DNA of 64,000 nucleotides, from contig CAWGMQ010000008.1 in assembly GCA_963823665.1 (NCBI GenBank), forward strand, positions 192,001 through 256,000, read 5' to 3'. Below are positions 29,345 through 39,712 of this stretch, piece after piece; within the stretch, counting starts at the first letter, position 1; each line of letters opens with the position of its first letter. The position numbers and the translations under genes were made by a program. Below the pieces are notes generated by a model. It saw only the letters and a program-made list of their open reading frames with translations. It was not told the DNA's origin and did no database searches. The stretch comes from an uncultured Planctomycetota bacterium (GTDB lineage: Bacteria; Planctomycetota; Planctomycetia; Isosphaerales; Isosphaeraceae).

Positions 29345-31351
29345 ATGCTGTTGGCTCAGTGGACGATCCTGGCCGCTTCGCTCGTGGCCTGGTCGGATAC
29401 AATCACTATCCAGCCGAGTCGCGGCGATCGCGCGTCGGGCCTCCAGCGCAGCATTTCCGGCCTGGACAAGCCCAGCGACCGCACCGTGGAAACGCTCCGG
29501 CGATTCGATCTCGACAAGGAATACCGCAAGGACGTCAACTCGGCTCTTCAGCACCTCGAGAAATACGCCCAGCGCCGCGCCGAGCCGGAGCTGGTCTACG
29601 CCTTGGCCGAGCTTTCCTGGATCGAAGGCAAACGGCTCGAGCGCTGGCGCAGCAGCCAGCCCCAGGCAATTGATCGCTTCTTGGATGCCGCCGCCTACGC
29701 GCATGACTATCTCTTCGGCAAGGAGCCAGAGCTCACCGAGGGACGCAGCCGCTCGGACCCGCGCTTCCGCCTGGCCTGCGAGATTTACAACGCCGGCGTC
29801 GAGCGATTGATCCGCGCCGCCATGACCAAGGGCCAGATCCAACTCCAGAACGGCGAGGCGATTCCGTTCAAGGTACACGGCCGCGAGCAGTCGCTGCGCA
29901 TCCTCCTTCAGGAGTCGCCCTGGAATCAAGCGGATATCCACAAGATCTTGCTGACGTCTGATTTCGAGGTCACAGGCCTGAACAGGGACCTCTACCAGTA
30001 CGGTCTGGGCGTGCCCTTGATCGCCGTCCGCGAGACCGGCCATAACGATCAAAAGAAGGGCGAGCGGTCGCCGGCGGAACGGTTCTATCCCGACGAGATG
30101 GCCTTCCCGCTCACCGCCTTCCTGGTGCCGAACTCCCGCCTCTCTGATCCCAACGTCGATATCAAGGAGGCCCGGGAATGCACCCTCAAGCTGTATGATC
30201 CCGTGCACGACCACGATGTCGGCGAGGACTCGAACAAGATCGCGCTCGAGATCGATCTCACCACTCCGCTCGCCTACATGTGGTCGCGCACCGACCTCGA
30301 TCGCTATCGCTGGACCGGCCTGCTTCGCCCCGAGCACGCCCTCGAGCGGGCGAACCTGCTTTTGATCCGGCCCTATGATCCCAAGAAGATTCCCGTTGTG
30401 ATGGTGCATGGGCTGATCTCCACGCCGCTAGCCTGGATCCCGATGCTCAACGAGCTCCTCCGCAATCCCAAGATTCAGGAGCACTACCAGTTCCTGCTGT
30501 TCATGTACCCGACCGGCGTGCCGATCCCCATCGCCGCCGCCAGCCTGCGCGAATCGCTGATGCAGGCCAAGCAGTTGTACGACCCCGACGGCCGGGACCC
30601 GGCGTTCAATCAGATGGTGCTCCTGGGCCATAGCATGGGCGGCATCTTGAGCCGGATGATGTCCGTCTCGAGCGGCGACAAGCTCTGGCGGCTCTACTCC
30701 GACCGGTCATTCGACGACATCCTCGGCCCTCGTCCGGTGCTCGACGAGCTGCACCGCTATTTATTTTTTGAGCCACTGCCGTTCGTAAGCCGGGTCGTCT
30801 TCCTGGCCACGCCCCATCACGGCTCGGACTTGAGCCGCGGCGTCGTGGGCCGCGTCAGCTCGAATCTGATCTCCGAGCCCGACAGCATCCGCAAGCTGCT
30901 CTATCAGCTCGTGAAGGACAACCCGGATGCATTCGACTCCCGGCGGTTCCGCCCGTTCCCGACCAGCATCGAAACGCTCGACACCGACTCGCCGATCCTG
31001 GAGGCACTCCGATCCATGCAGGCCTCTGCTCCGCCAAAGGCCGTCAAATTCCATTCGATCATCGGCTCGCTGCGACCGACCGGGGTCGATAAGACCACCG
31101 ACGGTGTTGTTCCGTATCGCAGCGCTCATATCGACGATCGTGATGGGATCAGACCATGCGTCGTCGACGAGCGCGTCGTACGCTCCGATCACGGCGTGCA
31201 GAAGGATCCCGAAGCCATCCGCGAGGTGCGCGACATCCTTCGCCAGCACGTGGGCTTGCCGCCGGTCGCCGCCGCGGCGCACCAGCCCCCCCAGGTAGCA
31301 CGCGACGCTGATCCCGGCCGAAAGCTGGAAATGCAGCCCGTGAAGCAGTAA
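29345..31351 (+). CDS. Secreted alpha/beta hydrolase (esterase/lipase)
   Basis: VMVHGL, GHSMGG nucleophile elbow, ATPHHGS, DGVVPYRSAH. Confidence 0.85.
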   Translation: MLLAQWTILAASLVAWSDTITIQPSRGDRASGLQRSISGLDKPSDRTVETLRRFDLDKEYRKDVNSALQHLEKYAQRRAEPELVYALAELSWIEGKRLERWRSSQPQAIDRFLDAAAYAHDYLFGKEPELTEGRSRSDPRFRLACEIYNAGVERLIRAAMTKGQIQLQNGEAIPFKVHGREQSLRILLQESPWNQADIHKILLTSDFEVTGLNRDLYQYGLGVPLIAVRETGHNDQKKGERSPAERFYPDEMAFPLTAFLVPNSRLSDPNVDIKEARECTLKLYDPVHDHDVGEDSNKIALEIDLTTPLAYMWSRTDLDRYRWTGLLRPEHALERANLLLIRPYDPKKIPVVMVHGLISTPLAWIPMLNELLRNPKIQEHYQFLLFMYPTGVPIPIAAASLRESLMQAKQLYDPDGRDPAFNQMVLLGHSMGGILSRMMSVSSGDKLWRLYSDRSFDDILGPRPVLDELHRYLFFEPLPFVSRVVFLATPHHGSDLSRGVVGRVSSNLISEPDSIRKLLYQLVKDNPDAFDSRRFRPFPTSIETLDTDSPILEALRSMQASAPPKAVKFHSIIGSLRPTGVDKTTDGVVPYRSAHIDDRDGIRPCVVDERVVRSDHGVQKDPEAIREVRDILRQHVGLPPVAAAAHQPPQVARDADPGRKLEMQPVKQ

Positions 31352-31401
31352 ATTCAGTACACAGATCCGTCACCTGTCGAAAGAAAACAGAAAGCCCACC
31401 G

Positions 31402-32766
31402 ATGCCCGGCACCCTTGCTCAGAACCTCGCCGCGTTCGCCCTCTCGACACGCTTCGAAGATCTGCCTGCCGGCGTCGTTGTCGAAGCGCGCCGGCGCCTG
31501 CTCGATTCAATCGGCTGCGCGATCGGTGCCCTGGCTGAGCCCGCCCCCACCATCGCCCGCAAAGTTGCGGCACGCGCGAAAGGCACTCCCTCCGTCAACT
31601 TGATCGGCGGCGGATCGTCCGCGCCGGACTGGGCGGCTTTTGCCAACGGCGTGCATATCCGCTATCTCGACTGCAACGACACCTATCTCTCCCTCGAGCC
31701 CGCGCACCCCAGCGACAACTGGGCCGCGGTGATGGCCGCCGGTCAGCTCGCCGGCGCCGACGGCAAAGCATGGATCGCCGCGGCCGCCGTCGCGTATGAG
31801 GCCCAGTGCCGGCTCTGCGACGCGGCAAGCATCCGCGCCCGCGGCTGGGACCACACGACCTATGGCTCGATCTCCGCCACACTCGCCGCCGCCAAGCTCT
31901 TGAATCTTACCCAGGCGCAGACCGAGCACGCCGTGGGCATCGCCGCAACCACCGGCACCGCGCTGCGTCTGACCCGCGCCGGCGAGCTTTCGATGTGGAA
32001 AGGCTGCGCGTTCGCGTTTGCCTCGCGCAACGCCGTTTTCGCCGCGTTGCTCGCGGTAGACGGCATGACAGGCCCGGCCCCGCTCTTCGAAGGCGAGATG
32101 GGGTTCTTCCAGCAGGTCTCCGGCCCGTTTACGTTGTCGAGCCTCGGTGGCCCGTCGGACGGCGACTGGATGCTTCCGAAGACCTCGATCAAGTTCGTCC
32201 CCGCGGAGTACCACAGCCAGTCGGCCATCGCCGCGGCGTTCGACCTGCGCCGTCAGATCGGCGACCCGAAGCGCATCCGCGAACTGGAGATCGCCACGTT
32301 TCGCACCGCCGTGGAGATCATCGGCAAGGACCCGGAAAAATGGCGCCCTCAAACCAGGGAAACAGCCGACCATAGCCTGCCGTATTGCACGGCCGTGGCG
32401 CTCCTGGACGGCCAGGTATCCGCCCGCCAGTTCACCCCCCAGCGGATGAGCGACCCCGCTCTGCTCGACCTGGTCGCGCGCACTCGCGTGATCGAAGACC
32501 CGAAGCTCACCAAGGGCTACCCCGAGGGCATTCCTAACCGCGTGACGGTAACGCTCGACGACGGCAGCCAGCTCGTCGCCGAGGTCAAGTACCCACCCGG
32601 CCACGACCGCAACCCCCTCTCGGACGACCAGCTCGCCGTGAAATTCCACGAGCTGGCCGATCCCGTCCTCGGTAGCGACAGAGCCGCCGAGATCGTCACG
32701 CGCGTCTCCAAGCTCGAGCACGACAAAGCCCCGCACCAGACGCTCGAGCTCACAGCGAAGGGTTAG
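31402..32766 (+). CDS. MmgE/PrpD family protein (2-methylcitrate dehydratase-like)
   Basis: RYLDCNDTYL..EPAHPSDN, GELSMWKG, RETADHSLPY. Confidence 0.9.
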   Translation: MPGTLAQNLAAFALSTRFEDLPAGVVVEARRRLLDSIGCAIGALAEPAPTIARKVAARAKGTPSVNLIGGGSSAPDWAAFANGVHIRYLDCNDTYLSLEPAHPSDNWAAVMAAGQLAGADGKAWIAAAAVAYEAQCRLCDAASIRARGWDHTTYGSISATLAAAKLLNLTQAQTEHAVGIAATTGTALRLTRAGELSMWKGCAFAFASRNAVFAALLAVDGMTGPAPLFEGEMGFFQQVSGPFTLSSLGGPSDGDWMLPKTSIKFVPAEYHSQSAIAAAFDLRRQIGDPKRIRELEIATFRTAVEIIGKDPEKWRPQTRETADHSLPYCTAVALLDGQVSARQFTPQRMSDPALLDLVARTRVIEDPKLTKGYPEGIPNRVTVTLDDGSQLVAEVKYPPGHDRNPLSDDQLAVKFHELADPVLGSDRAAEIVTRVSKLEHDKAPHQTLELTAKG

Positions 32767-33075
32767 CCCCCTCGTTGCGACGCTCCGCGTCGGAACGCGC
32801 ATCTTCGACGCTCCGCGTCTCACCCAAGTCCGACCGCAGCGGCCCGCCCCTCGTTGCGACGCTCCGCGTCGGAACGCGCATCTTCGACGCTCCGCGTCTC
32901 ACCCAAATCCGACCGCAGCGGCCCGCCCCTCGTTGCGACGCTCCGCGTCGGAACGCGCGTCTTCGACGCTCCGCGTCCCAACCATCTCCGACCGCAGCGG
33001 CCCGCCCCTCGTTGCGACGCTCCGCGTCGGAACGCGCGTCTTCGACGCTCCGCGTCCCAACCATCTCCGACCGCC
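32767..33075. repeat. Four tandem 79-bp REP-like units between convergent genes
   Basis: CTCGTTGCGACGCTCCGCGTCGGAACG starts at 32771, 32850, 32929 and 33008; each unit is an imperfect palindrome. A related single copy lies at ~36243. Confidence 0.92.
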
Positions 33076-33087
33076 TCACTCCTCAAT

Positions 33088-34428
33088 TCACCGCTTCCGG
33101 ACTCCGTCTTTCTGCCCCGAAGCCTGCTGCCGCTCCCCACCCCTCGAACCGGTCTTGTTGCCCTCGAGCACTTCCGCTCGCACCATCTGTGCCATCCGCT
33201 CGTACCCCTGCGGCGTGAAGTGGCACTCATCGCTGAAGAGATCAGTTGAAAGCCGCGCGAAGTAGTGCTGGGCGTCAATCACCGGCACGCTGTGCTCGCG
33301 CCCCCAGGCGCAGAGCGCTTCGTTGTATCTCGGCACCGATCCCCGCCAGGTCGAGTTCTTGCTCAGCGCGTCCGGCGCGAGCTTGTGCGGCCGCGTCAAG
33401 AACGTGATCGCGATCCCCCGGCGGTCGGCCTCGGTTCGGAACCTGTCCATATTGGCGAGGTAGTCTTCGACGCTCACCCTTGGCGAAACCCGCCCGGGCG
33501 TCGCCACCGGCGGCTCTGTCCGCAACTTTTGCGTGTAATACATCAGCACAAGATAAGCTCGATAGCGCACCAGTGCCCGCTGGGCCATTACCATGGGCCA
33601 GGGCGGAATCTTGAACGTCTTGTCGGGCTGCCCGATTGCCTCGGCAGCGTCGTTCCAGCCGAATGATACCAGCACGAGGTCGGGCTTGTACTGGTCGACC
33701 TCTTGCAGAAATCGCAGCACGCCCTGGTGCGACGAATACCCCGCCACACCTGCGTTGATCACCTCGAATCGGCGGCCTTGAGCACGGCCTTGCTCCTCAA
33801 GCAGCCGGTTCAGCCACGATGGCCAGCCGCCCCTTGGGGGCCCATCCGTCAAGGAATCCCCGTAGCACATCACACGATAAAGATCGGCTGGCTTGGGAAT
33901 AGCCGCGAGTGGCCCCTTGAATCGCTGGGCATTAAAAGGGCTGTGCGTCATCGGCCGCCAGAGCAGCACAGGGTCCGGCTCGCGGTTCTCGTCGCCGGTG
34001 ATCGTCGCCATTCGCCAGTCGTCATGCCCCGCGCGCCAGACGGTCTGAATTGCTTGATGATATTTGAGCACATGCAAATCCGTCAGCAACCGGCAGCCTC
34101 GCTCGGTAAGCGCCGCGGGAAAGAGCGCCAGCCCCACGGTGACAATCACCAGCTTGGCCGCCTTGGTCCGCGCCAGCTTCAGCAACTTCAGCTCGAGCGC
34201 CGCGGGCATGAACCACGCCCCGAGATCGAGCGCCAGCAGAACGCCGCAAGCGATCGCGGCTTCGTGCCGCTGCCCTGCGGGGTATGCCAGCACCTGAGCC
34301 GACGCACACAGGATTCCCCAAACCGCAGCGAGGAACGCCAGATCGCGCCGGCGCTTCAGCCGCACCAGCAGCCAGGGAAAGGCCACGACCAGCACCCAGA
34401 GCACGATTTCCCAAGGCGATTGCAGCAT
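33088..34428 (-). CDS. Membrane-anchored SGNH/GDSL hydrolase (O-acetyltransferase-like)
   Basis: N-terminal transmembrane helices, YGDSLT, NAGVAGYSS, GWND, DECH. AGGAG ribosome-binding site before ATG 34428. Confidence 0.87.
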   Translation of the reverse strand: MLQSPWEIVLWVLVVAFPWLLVRLKRRRDLAFLAAVWGILCASAQVLAYPAGQRHEAAIACGVLLALDLGAWFMPAALELKLLKLARTKAAKLVIVTVGLALFPAALTERGCRLLTDLHVLKYHQAIQTVWRAGHDDWRMATITGDENREPDPVLLWRPMTHSPFNAQRFKGPLAAIPKPADLYRVMCYGDSLTDGPPRGGWPSWLNRLLEEQGRAQGRRFEVINAGVAGYSSHQGVLRFLQEVDQYKPDLVLVSFGWNDAAEAIGQPDKTFKIPPWPMVMAQRALVRYRAYLVLMYYTQKLRTEPPVATPGRVSPRVSVEDYLANMDRFRTEADRRGIAITFLTRPHKLAPDALSKNSTWRGSVPRYNEALCAWGREHSVPVIDAQHYFARLSTDLFSDECHFTPQGYERMAQMVRAEVLEGNKTGSRGGERQQASGQKDGVRKR

Positions 34429-34477
34429 AAAGAGTCTCCTGGGGCGCAACGCGTCGAACGCAGACGTCGAACACCAT

Positions 34478-34600
34478 ACTAACCCGAAGCGCCAGCGAGG
34501 ATCCGCTCGCGCATCCGATACCAACCCGACGCGCCAGCGAGGCTGGTTCACGAACGCCGCATGTCAGTCGCCGGAACCCTGGCTGGCGCGTCGGGTTAGT
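34478..34600. repeat. REP-like cluster AACCCGA(A/C)GCGCCAGCGAGG, two direct copies and one inverted
   Basis: 34478-34500, 34520-34542, and inverted 34578-34600. Confidence 0.8.
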
Positions 34601-34788
34601 GCATCAGGCCCGTGCGGCAGCGCTCTCGTCCGACCGCGCGTCTCGAAATCGCCGCAAATTCTTGCGAATTGCCGCCATCTGTCAAGCCGAACGCCCCACG
34701 CCCCGGACCGTCTCGGCCCCTTCGCCCTGCGATTGACAGATTCACGTCGATTGCGAAGATAGGCCCTCCTCACGGCTGAGGTCCTCGC

Positions 34789-36210
34789 ATGAGATTCAAC
34801 TCCTATGCGTTTGCTCTCTTCTTCGCGGCGTTGTTGCCGGCATACTGGCTCCTGCGCAAATGGCGGCCGGCGCAAAACGTCTTGCTCCTCGGCGCCGGCT
34901 ACTACTTCTATGCGTGCTGGAACCCCAGGTTTCTCTCGCTGCTCATCCTGTCGACGGTGGTCGACTATGCCTGCGGCCTCTGGCTGGGGCGAGTCAACAG
35001 CCCGCGGCGCCGGCGAAGCATCCTCGCACTGAGCATGGTGCTCAACCTGGGAATGCTCGGCTTCTTCAAGTATTTCAATTTCTTCGCCGAGAGCTTGCAC
35101 GCTTTGCTTTGGACTGCGGGCGTGCCCATCCCGATCAAGCACCTCGAGATCGTGCTGCCGATCGGGATCTCCTTCTACACGTTCCAGTCGATGAGCTACG
35201 TCATCGACGTCTACCGCCGCGAGATCGTACCCACCCGCAACATCGTCCAGTTCGCCGCGTTCGTCTCGTTCTTCCCGCATTTAGTCGCCGGCCCGATCAT
35301 GCGCCCCTCATCGCTGTTGCCGCAGATCGCCGCCAGAAGAAGGTTTGACCTGCACCAGTTCTACGAAGGCTCCTATCTGATCTTCTGGGGCTTGCTCAAG
35401 AAAGTCGTGATCGCCGACAACCTGGCTAGTATCGTGACCGACCTCTTCGGGCGCTGGGAGACACTCGACGGCGGCCTGGCCTTGCTGGCAGTCTACGCGT
35501 TTGCATTTCAGATCTACGGCGACTTCTCGGGCTACACGGATATCGCCCGCGGCGTGGCGAAATGCCTGGCCTTCGAGATGCCGCTCAATTTCAACCTGCC
35601 GTATTTCGCGACGAGTCCAAAAGACTTCTGGACCCGCTGGCACATCAGCCTTTCGACCTGGCTTCGCGACTACCTGTACATTCCCCTGGGCGGCGGCCGC
35701 GGCGGTCGGTTTCTGACATATCGAAACCTGATGTTCACGATGACACTCGGCGGCCTGTGGCATGGCGCCGCCTGGACATTCGTGGTGTGGGGAATCTATC
35801 ACGGCGTCTTGCTGGTGGCGCATCGCCTGTCTTCACCGTGGCTCGAGCGAGTCGTGCCGGCCGACCCGGTCGACCGCGCCTGCTGGAAAGCCCTGCGCAT
35901 CGTGGTGACGTTTCACCTCGTCTGTCTCGGCTGGATCTTCTTCCGCGCCGAGACAATGGAGCAGGCCCTTGGAATCTTGAGCGCGATCGTCACTCGCCCG
36001 GCGATACCCGTCGTGTCTTACCTTGCGCCTGTGGTGCTGCTCATTTTGCCCCTCTGGATGGTGCAGTTCGTGCAATACGCCGCCAACGATCTGAACGTGA
36101 TCGCCCGCACGCCGTGGTACGTGCGCAGCGTCTTTTACACAGCGTGTTTCTATGCGATCGTTCTGGTCGGCCAGTTCGGCGGGCGCCAATTTATTTATTT
36201 CCAGTTCTGA
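34789..36210 (+). CDS. MBOAT O-acyltransferase (AlgI/DltB/PatA-like)
   Basis: LPIGISFYTFQSMSY, AGPI, DFSGYTD, FWTRWHISLS, GLWHGA, C-terminal FIYFQF. Confidence 0.95.
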   Translation: MRFNSYAFALFFAALLPAYWLLRKWRPAQNVLLLGAGYYFYACWNPRFLSLLILSTVVDYACGLWLGRVNSPRRRRSILALSMVLNLGMLGFFKYFNFFAESLHALLWTAGVPIPIKHLEIVLPIGISFYTFQSMSYVIDVYRREIVPTRNIVQFAAFVSFFPHLVAGPIMRPSSLLPQIAARRRFDLHQFYEGSYLIFWGLLKKVVIADNLASIVTDLFGRWETLDGGLALLAVYAFAFQIYGDFSGYTDIARGVAKCLAFEMPLNFNLPYFATSPKDFWTRWHISLSTWLRDYLYIPLGGGRGGRFLTYRNLMFTMTLGGLWHGAAWTFVVWGIYHGVLLVAHRLSSPWLERVVPADPVDRACWKALRIVVTFHLVCLGWIFFRAETMEQALGILSAIVTRPAIPVVSYLAPVVLLILPLWMVQFVQYAANDLNVIARTPWYVRSVFYTACFYAIVLVGQFGGRQFIYFQF

Positions 36211-36720
36211 ACACAAGGATCGAAGCTCACGCAAACGACCCCCTCGTTCCGATGCTCCGCGTCGGAACGTCCCCCGTGCCGCTCCGCGGCGCGCTCAGCG
36301 CAGACATCCTCGTGTCGCCCTCCGCCCTCCGCCCTCCGCCCATCGCCCTCCGTCCTATGCTTCGGCCCCGCCGGCCGCCAGGGAGGAAATAACGCAGACT
36401 ACCGGGTTAAGCCATCGGACGGTCGAGAAGACGGAGCTGCCGTCGCGGAGCGACGCGCGTAGCAGATGCAGCCCTCCGTCATTTTGCGTCATCTGCGTCA
36501 TTCCGCACCCTCGAACGTCCGCATTGTAGCGATCGTTCCGTTGATCCGTCTTTTAATGTCGCACTCGTTTCGTTCGCGTTCTGTCCTACGCGCAAAGTCC
36601 AACGACGGAGTCCAAGTTGACTTTGCGCCGGTCTTCGTTCAGTCACAAGCCAGATCGATTCTTCTAGGCCGGCCGCGACGTTTGATCCGGCCACCCCACC
36701 CATTGTCGCCCTTCGCTCCG

Positions 36721-38370
36721 AGGCTGTGATTTTTTCGGCGTTGGGGTTGATTTTGTATAGTGTTCACGTTCTAATACCATGCATGTAGTCCGCCGCATGA
36801 GCCCCACGCAGCCCCGGTGTTGCAGGACGAGCGTCATGACACTTCCTCTCTTTAGCCCAGAAGACTTGCCCGATCAGCCCTCTCCCGCCCAGGCTGCCCA
36901 GTCGATGCCAACTGGCAAGCCGCGGCTGCGGTGTCCCGTACGCGACCAGATCGAGATGCGCTGGGCATCGCTCGATGAATTGCTCGAGGCCGACCATCCG
37001 GCCCGGGTCGTCTGGGCGGCGGTCTGCAAGCTCGATCTGAAAGCCTGGCTCGGCGAGATCAAGGCCGTCGAGCGACATGTCGGCCGAGATGCCACCGACC
37101 CGCGCTTGCTGGTCGGATTGCGGGTTTTCGCCACATTGAAGGGAGTCGGCAGCGCCCGTGAAATCGAACGGCTGTGCGAAAAGAACCAAGGGAGTCTGCC
37201 GTACCAGTGGCTGTGCGGCGGCGTAACCGTCAACCACAGCATGTTGTCCCACTTCCTCGCTTGTGGGGGCGAGAAGTTGAACGAACTGCTCACGCAGATC
37301 GTGGGCACCCTGCTCCATGCCGGGTTGGTGAAAATGGACCGGGTCGCTCAGGACGGAATGAGAGTGCGTGCCAGCGCGGGCAAGAGCTCGTTTCGTCGTC
37401 GCGGTAGCCTGGAGGAGTGCCTGAAAGCGGCGAAGGAGCAGGTTGAGGCGCTGAAGAAACTGGCCGAGGAGGACACAGCAGAGCTGACTCGACGGCAGCG
37501 AGCGGCGCGGGAGCGTGCCGCCAACAAGCGACAGCAACGGATCGAAGAAGCGATGCGGCAGTGCGAGGAGCTGCAACGCGAACGTGACGAGTCCTACGGC
37601 CGCAAGGGGCGGGAAGCGCGTGCTTCGACCACCGACCCCGACGCGAGGATCATGAAGTTTCCAGACGGAGGATTCCGGCCGGGATATAACGTTCAATTCA
37701 CAACAGACACCGAAAGCGGTGTGATTGTGGGTGTGGAGGTGACCAACGCAGGGAACGATGGCGAAGAACTTCCGCCCATGCTCGACCAGTTGGAGGAGCG
37801 TTACGAACGAATTCCGGATGAGGCATTGGTTGACGGTGGCTTCACGACCAAGGACTCGATCGATCAGGCGGCCCAACGCGGCTGCATCGTATACGGGCCG
37901 ATCAGAGACGAGAAAAAGAAACAGGCAAATGGAGAAGATCCCTACACCGCAAAGAAGGGCGACAGCGAAGCGGTTGCCGCTTGGCGGATCCGAATGGGGA
38001 CCGAGGCCGCGAAGCTGATCTACCGGCTGCGAGGCCAAACAGCCGAGTGGGTCAACGCCCAGGCTCGCAATCGAGGATTCTGGTTTATGCCCGTGCGTGG
38101 CCAACCGCGTTGCCGCGCCGTCGCATTGTTGTTTGCAATTGCTCACAACCTGGTTGTCGCAGGGAGACTGCGCCCAGCGATGGGCAAACTGGCGGAATGA
38201 GCGGTACTTTGCAAAAAAGGGACAAAATAGGAAAGCGCGTTTGCGTCAACGGCTGGGCTATTGGAGAACTGGCGTGAATCGGCGGCACTAACCGAGCGAC
38301 CAAGCGGTGAATCACAGCCGACTAGGCCCAACGGCCGAGTTACCGCAACGCGGCCAAAAGATGACAGCCT
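36721..38370 (+). mobile_element. IS1182-family insertion sequence (1650 bp) with 15-bp imperfect inverted repeats and a 5-bp target duplication
   Basis: Left end AGGCTGTGATTTTTT; right end reverse-complemented AGGCTGTCATCTTTT (13/15 match). CTCCG is duplicated at 36716-36720 and 38371-38375. Confidence 0.87.
36836..38200 (+). CDS. IS1182-family DDE transposase
   Basis: SLDELLEADHPARVVW, SAREIERLC, AQDGMRVRASA, STTDPDARIMK, GYNVQ, LVDGGF, YRLRGQTAEWVNA. Confidence 0.92.
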   Translation: MTLPLFSPEDLPDQPSPAQAAQSMPTGKPRLRCPVRDQIEMRWASLDELLEADHPARVVWAAVCKLDLKAWLGEIKAVERHVGRDATDPRLLVGLRVFATLKGVGSAREIERLCEKNQGSLPYQWLCGGVTVNHSMLSHFLACGGEKLNELLTQIVGTLLHAGLVKMDRVAQDGMRVRASAGKSSFRRRGSLEECLKAAKEQVEALKKLAEEDTAELTRRQRAARERAANKRQQRIEEAMRQCEELQRERDESYGRKGREARASTTDPDARIMKFPDGGFRPGYNVQFTTDTESGVIVGVEVTNAGNDGEELPPMLDQLEERYERIPDEALVDGGFTTKDSIDQAAQRGCIVYGPIRDEKKKQANGEDPYTAKKGDSEAVAAWRIRMGTEAAKLIYRLRGQTAEWVNAQARNRGFWFMPVRGQPRCRAVALLFAIAHNLVVAGRLRPAMGKLAE

Positions 38371-39152
38371 CTCCGCGAAGGGTTCTCCGTTCCCACCATT
38401 TGCCCTGCAACCCACTCTCTCCCTCTGAGCCGCGCCCATGCGCCTGTGCCGGCGAGAATCTCGTTTAAAGTGGCCTGGGAAAAGTGCCAGAACATGGTGA
38501 ACAAGACCAGCGATTTATCGTGGTGGTCTCGGTGTCGGGGCGCCACGAGGGTTTTGCGTTTCTCGAAGAGCGCCAAGTTCTGTTCCTATTCAATTACGCC
38601 CATTCAACTTGCGGAGTACGCGCTTCACCCGACGCAAACGCCGCACCCCTCGAAAAAGTGGCGGAAAGTGGCGGAGATTTGGAGTACTTCCAGCATCCGT
38701 ACACTACTGTAAATGACCCTCATCTTGATCTGATCCTGATCCTGACTCCAAAGCGCCGGCGGTGCCACGAGCCAGCTCGCGCCGGCTCCAAAATCGCGCC
38801 CACCGCGCAGCGCACTCCCTCATCTACAATATGCGACGACCTCGCGGATTCGTGGCACGGTCAACCAGGCGATTTTCAGAAAGATTCCGGGTTCCAGCGA
38901 TGAGATCGAATAACGAACAAAATTGATTCTGTATGCGCGCGCGGCGCAGGCGCCGTACGGCCGAACTCCTGTCGGCCATGCCCCGGCGATGCGCCGTCCC
39001 GACGGGGCGAAGGTAAATAGCCAGCCCCTGGAGCACCGGAGCCACGCCTCACGCTCGAATAATCGAAATCCCACGTGCATCGCCGCGCCGCCCCTCGTGG
39101 ACATCCCGCTACTCCATTTGAGATAATTTCTCTTCGAGAAAGGGGATTCACA

Positions 39153-39458
39153 ATGGCAATGACAACCGACGGGCTTCGAACAGCTCTGCACACCACGGCG
39201 CGCGTCCAGTCCGGAAACAAAATCGAGATCACCGCTCCCGAGTTGAAAGAGGGGCAAGACGTCGACGTCTTCCTGATCCCACGTCCTTCGGCAACCCAAC
39301 CGCGTCGCTCCGTCCTCCGATTCTTGGACTCGTTGCCCCCAGGCCCGCGGAGTGCACCCACCTGGGATGAGATCGAGCAGCAGTTCCAGGAGGAGCGGGA
39401 CGCATGGGATCGTTGTACCTCCTACCCATCGCGAGCGAGCGGCCTCGAAGCAGGTTGA
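39153..39458 (+). CDS. Small antitoxin-like protein; following toxin gene apparently lost
   Basis: TTARVQSGNKIEITAPELKEGQDVDV...EERDAWDR. An overlapping ATG GGA TCG TTG start does not continue into a recognisable PIN domain. Confidence 0.55.
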   Translation: MAMTTDGLRTALHTTARVQSGNKIEITAPELKEGQDVDVFLIPRPSATQPRRSVLRFLDSLPPGPRSAPTWDEIEQQFQEERDAWDRCTSYPSRASGLEAG

Positions 39459-39502
39459 ACCAAGTCGAGCGGATCGTGCCCTGAAATACAACGGGAGGTA
39501 AG

Positions 39503-39712
39503 ATGCTGACGATTCGCCTGACAAAAGCGGAATGGGCAAAAGCGTGGCGCGCGATGATCGAAATTGGCCCGGTGCGCCTCATCCGGGATGATCCCGTGTA
39601 CGAAGTCCTCCCGGCTCACTTGGAGGTCTTGACTGCTCGCGGCTTCGCCTACGAGGTGTTACCGGCGCGGTTGCCCCGGGTGGAGAAGCGGCGCCATGGC
39701 ACGGCCGATTAG
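39503..39712 (+). CDS. 69-aa hypothetical protein
   Basis: Strong GGAGGT ribosome-binding site; overlaps the next gene. Confidence 0.7.
   Translation: MLTIRLTKAEWAKAWRAMIEIGPVRLIRDDPVYEVLPAHLEVLTARGFAYEVLPARLPRVEKRRHGTAD

Noticed and set aside
32767..33075. CRISPR array
   Set aside because: The segments between palindromes are near-identical rather than unique spacers, and no cas genes are present.
32750..33278. Repetitive ORFs on both strands over the 79-bp array
   Set aside because: They are translations of the non-coding repeat.
38310..38319. Right end of the IS at AATCACAGCC
   Set aside because: The end at 38370 gives a longer inverted repeat, a 5-bp duplication and a restored hairpin target.
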